56,130 bases of DNA from Alphaproteobacteria bacterium. Lineage in GTDB: Bacteria; Pseudomonadota; Alphaproteobacteria; UBA9219; RFNS01. Below, in pieces: positions 54,411 through 56,130 of the stretch. Position 1 is the first letter of the stretch; each line of letters starts with the position of its first letter. Location: the NCBI GenBank assembly GCA_009927055.1, contig RFNS01000252.1, positions 1-56,130 of the forward strand, written 5' to 3'. The notes beneath the pieces are model-generated. The model had not been told where the DNA came from and did no database searches. It saw only the letters and a program-made list of their open reading frames with translations. The position numbers and the translations under genes were made by a program.

Positions 54411-56130
54411 ATGATGTCGTCTTTGGCCGTGGCCCCTGCACCCGAAACCGAACCCCCTTTTATGCAAAAGCTCAACAGCGGGCAACGCCGCGCGGTCGAG
54501 GCGTTGGAAGGCCCTGTGCTGGTGCTGGCGGGGGCGGGCACAGGCAAAACGCGGGTGCTGACCACGCGCCTGGCCTGGCTGCTGTACACGGGCGCCGCGC
54601 AGCCTGGGCAAATCATGGCCGTCACTTTTACCAACAAGGCCGCCAACGAAATTCGTGAGCGTGTGGGGCACATGCTGGGCTGTAGCACCGATGGCTGGTA
54701 CATGGGCACGTTTCATGCGCTGGCGGCGCGGCTGCTGCGTCCCTATGCCGAGCGTGTGGGGCTGAAAAGCAATTTTACGATTTTGGATGATGATGATCAG
54801 ATCAGGTTGATCAAGCAATTGGTGCAGGCCCATAACCTTGATGATAAACGCAACCCCGCGCGTTTGCTGCACGCCGTTATTTCCAGTTGGAAAGATAAAG
54901 GCCTCACGCCCGATAAGGCCCCCAGCGACAGTGGCGATTTGGCGGATGGAAAATTGAGACAGATTTATGCCGAGTATCAAGAGCGGTTGTTATCGCTGAA
55001 CGCGTGCGATTTTGGCGATCTGCTGCTGCATCACCTCACGCTGTGCCAAAAGCACCCCGATGTTTTGTCCAACCTGCATGCGCGTTTCAAATATATGATG
55101 GTGGATGAATATCAAGATACCAACGTGGCGCAATATATGTGGCTGCGGCTTTTGGCGCAGGGCAGCAACAACCTGTGCGTGGTGGGCGATGAAGATCAAT
55201 CCATCTATGGTTGGCGCGGGGCAGAGGTTGGGAATATTTTGCGCTTTGCCGATGATTTTCCGGGCGCCACCGTGGTGCGGTTGGAAGAAAATTATCGCAG
55301 CACCGGCCACATTCTTTCAGCTGCCAATGGTTTAATTGCCAACAACCGCCAGCGTTTGGGCAAACAACTGCGCGCCGTGGCCGGCATGGGCGATAAAGTG
55401 GTGGTGGCCAGTTATTGGGATCATGACGAAGAAGCGCGCCGCATTGCCGGAAAAATTGAAGCGGCGCACCGCGGTGGTCACAGCCTGGCGCAGATGGCCA
55501 TTATGGTGCGGGCGGGGTCGCAAACCCGTGCGTTTGAAGAAGTTTTTTTAAGCCTGGGCATTCCTTATAAGGTGCTGGTGGGCGCGCGGTTTTATGAACG
55601 GCTTGAAATCCGTGATGCGATGGCCTATTTGCGCGTGCTGATGGTGCCCGAAGATGATCTGGCGTTCGAACGCATCATCAACACGCCCAAGCGCGGCATT
55701 GGCCCCAGCGCCATGCAGCAGTTGGCACAACTGGCGCGCGATCAGAACATCCCCTTAACAGAATCGGTGCTGCGCCTGTGCGAAACGGACGAGCTGAAAC
55801 CAAAAATGCGGCAAACGCTGCAGCAGCTGATGCAAAGTTTTTCGCGCTGGCGGCAGTTGCTGCACACCATGCCGCACCCCGAAGTGGCGCAGATTGTGCT
55901 GGACGAAAGCGGCTACACCGGCATGTGGCAGGCCGATAAATCGCCCGAAGCGCCAGGCCGACTTGAGAATTTGAAAGAATTGATCAACGCCATTGGCGAA
56001 TTTAATACGTTGCCCGCTTTTTTAGAACACGTGGCGCTGGTGATGGAGCGCGCGGCCGATGCCGGCGCCGAGCAGGTGAGCATGATGACCCTGCATGGCG
56101 CGAAGGGGCTGGAGTTTGATACGGTGTACC
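54411..56130 (+). CDS. uvrD: UvrD/Rep-family ATP-dependent DNA helicase (runs off the right edge)
   Basis: Absent from the ORF track because it is open at the window end. Manual translation from ATG 54411 gives MMSSLAV...LNSGQRRAVEALEGPVLVLAGAGTGKTRVL, FTNKAANE, MVDEYQDTN, VVGDEDQSIYGWRGA, LEENYRST and MTLHGAKGLEF. Confidence 0.9.
   Translation, partial: MMSSLAVAPAPETEPPFMQKLNSGQRRAVEALEGPVLVLAGAGTGKTRVLTTRLAWLLYTGAAQPGQIMAVTFTNKAANEIRERVGHMLGCSTDGWYMGTFHALAARLLRPYAERVGLKSNFTILDDDDQIRLIKQLVQAHNLDDKRNPARLLHAVISSWKDKGLTPDKAPSDSGDLADGKLRQIYAEYQERLLSLNACDFGDLLLHHLTLCQKHPDVLSNLHARFKYMMVDEYQDTNVAQYMWLRLLAQGSNNLCVVGDEDQSIYGWRGAEVGNILRFADDFPGATVVRLEENYRSTGHILSAANGLIANNRQRLGKQLRAVAGMGDKVVVASYWDHDEEARRIAGKIEAAHRGGHSLAQMAIMVRAGSQTRAFEEVFLSLGIPYKVLVGARFYERLEIRDAMAYLRVLMVPEDDLAFERIINTPKRGIGPSAMQQLAQLARDQNIPLTESVLRLCETDELKPKMRQTLQQLMQSFSRWRQLLHTMPHPEVAQIVLDESGYTGMWQADKSPEAPGRLENLKELINAIGEFNTLPAFLEHVALVMERAADAGAEQVSMMTLHGAKGLEFDTVY

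Noticed and set aside
53625-54980. 451-aa ORF on the minus strand
   Set aside because: It is antisense to the well-supported GGDEF cyclase and uvrD genes and bridges their intergenic gap. Its Arg/Gly/His/Phe-rich composition is typical of shadow ORFs in GC-rich DNA, and it has no recognisable motifs.

Overview
This 56-kb window looks like an alphaproteobacterial chromosome segment. The markers are ccrM, a GcrA-like regulator, an Irr-like Fur-family protein, DUF4167, a DUF721/DciA-like gene beside mutY and dsbA, class II DAHP synthase and an NDUFA9-like SDR. The core looks about 55-60% GC by eye (not computed). Core content is housekeeping. It includes mtaB (partial), hemB, rnhB, ccrM, mutY, smc, a fadA-fadN-fadE beta-oxidation operon, a TonB-dependent receptor, bioY, argG, tyrS and anmK. 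It also includes a NifS-like desulfurase with an HscB-like protein, cyclophilin, fdxA, uvrA, dnaB, rpoN, rlmN, a GGDEF cyclase and uvrD (partial), plus four tRNA genes: Thr-CGU, Ser-CGA, Leu-UAA and Asn-GUU. At least eight short, visibly AT-richer islets interrupt this core, most carrying a single orphan gene. The observations I rate highest are: (1) a stand-alone DotL/IcmO-type (type IVB) coupling ATPase between uvrA and a 27-aa lysine-rich microprotein gene that is missing from the ORF track. (2) A 1927-bp IS1-family element with perfect 19-bp inverted repeats, an 8-bp target duplication and two passenger genes, inserted in a tRNA-Leu/tRNA-Asn hotspot that also holds a half-tRNA pseudo-copy and a divergent RibD-like deaminase. 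(3) Three separate cases where the end of a gene (ccrM, an alpha/beta hydrolase, tRNA-Leu) is duplicated as a 17-40 bp direct repeat flanking inserted DNA. (4) A family of GC-rich hairpin (MITE/REP-like) repeats at islet borders. (5) A BrnT/BrnA toxin-antitoxin pair with an unusual overlap. All family assignments come from reading the translations and from memory of motifs. No database search was possible.
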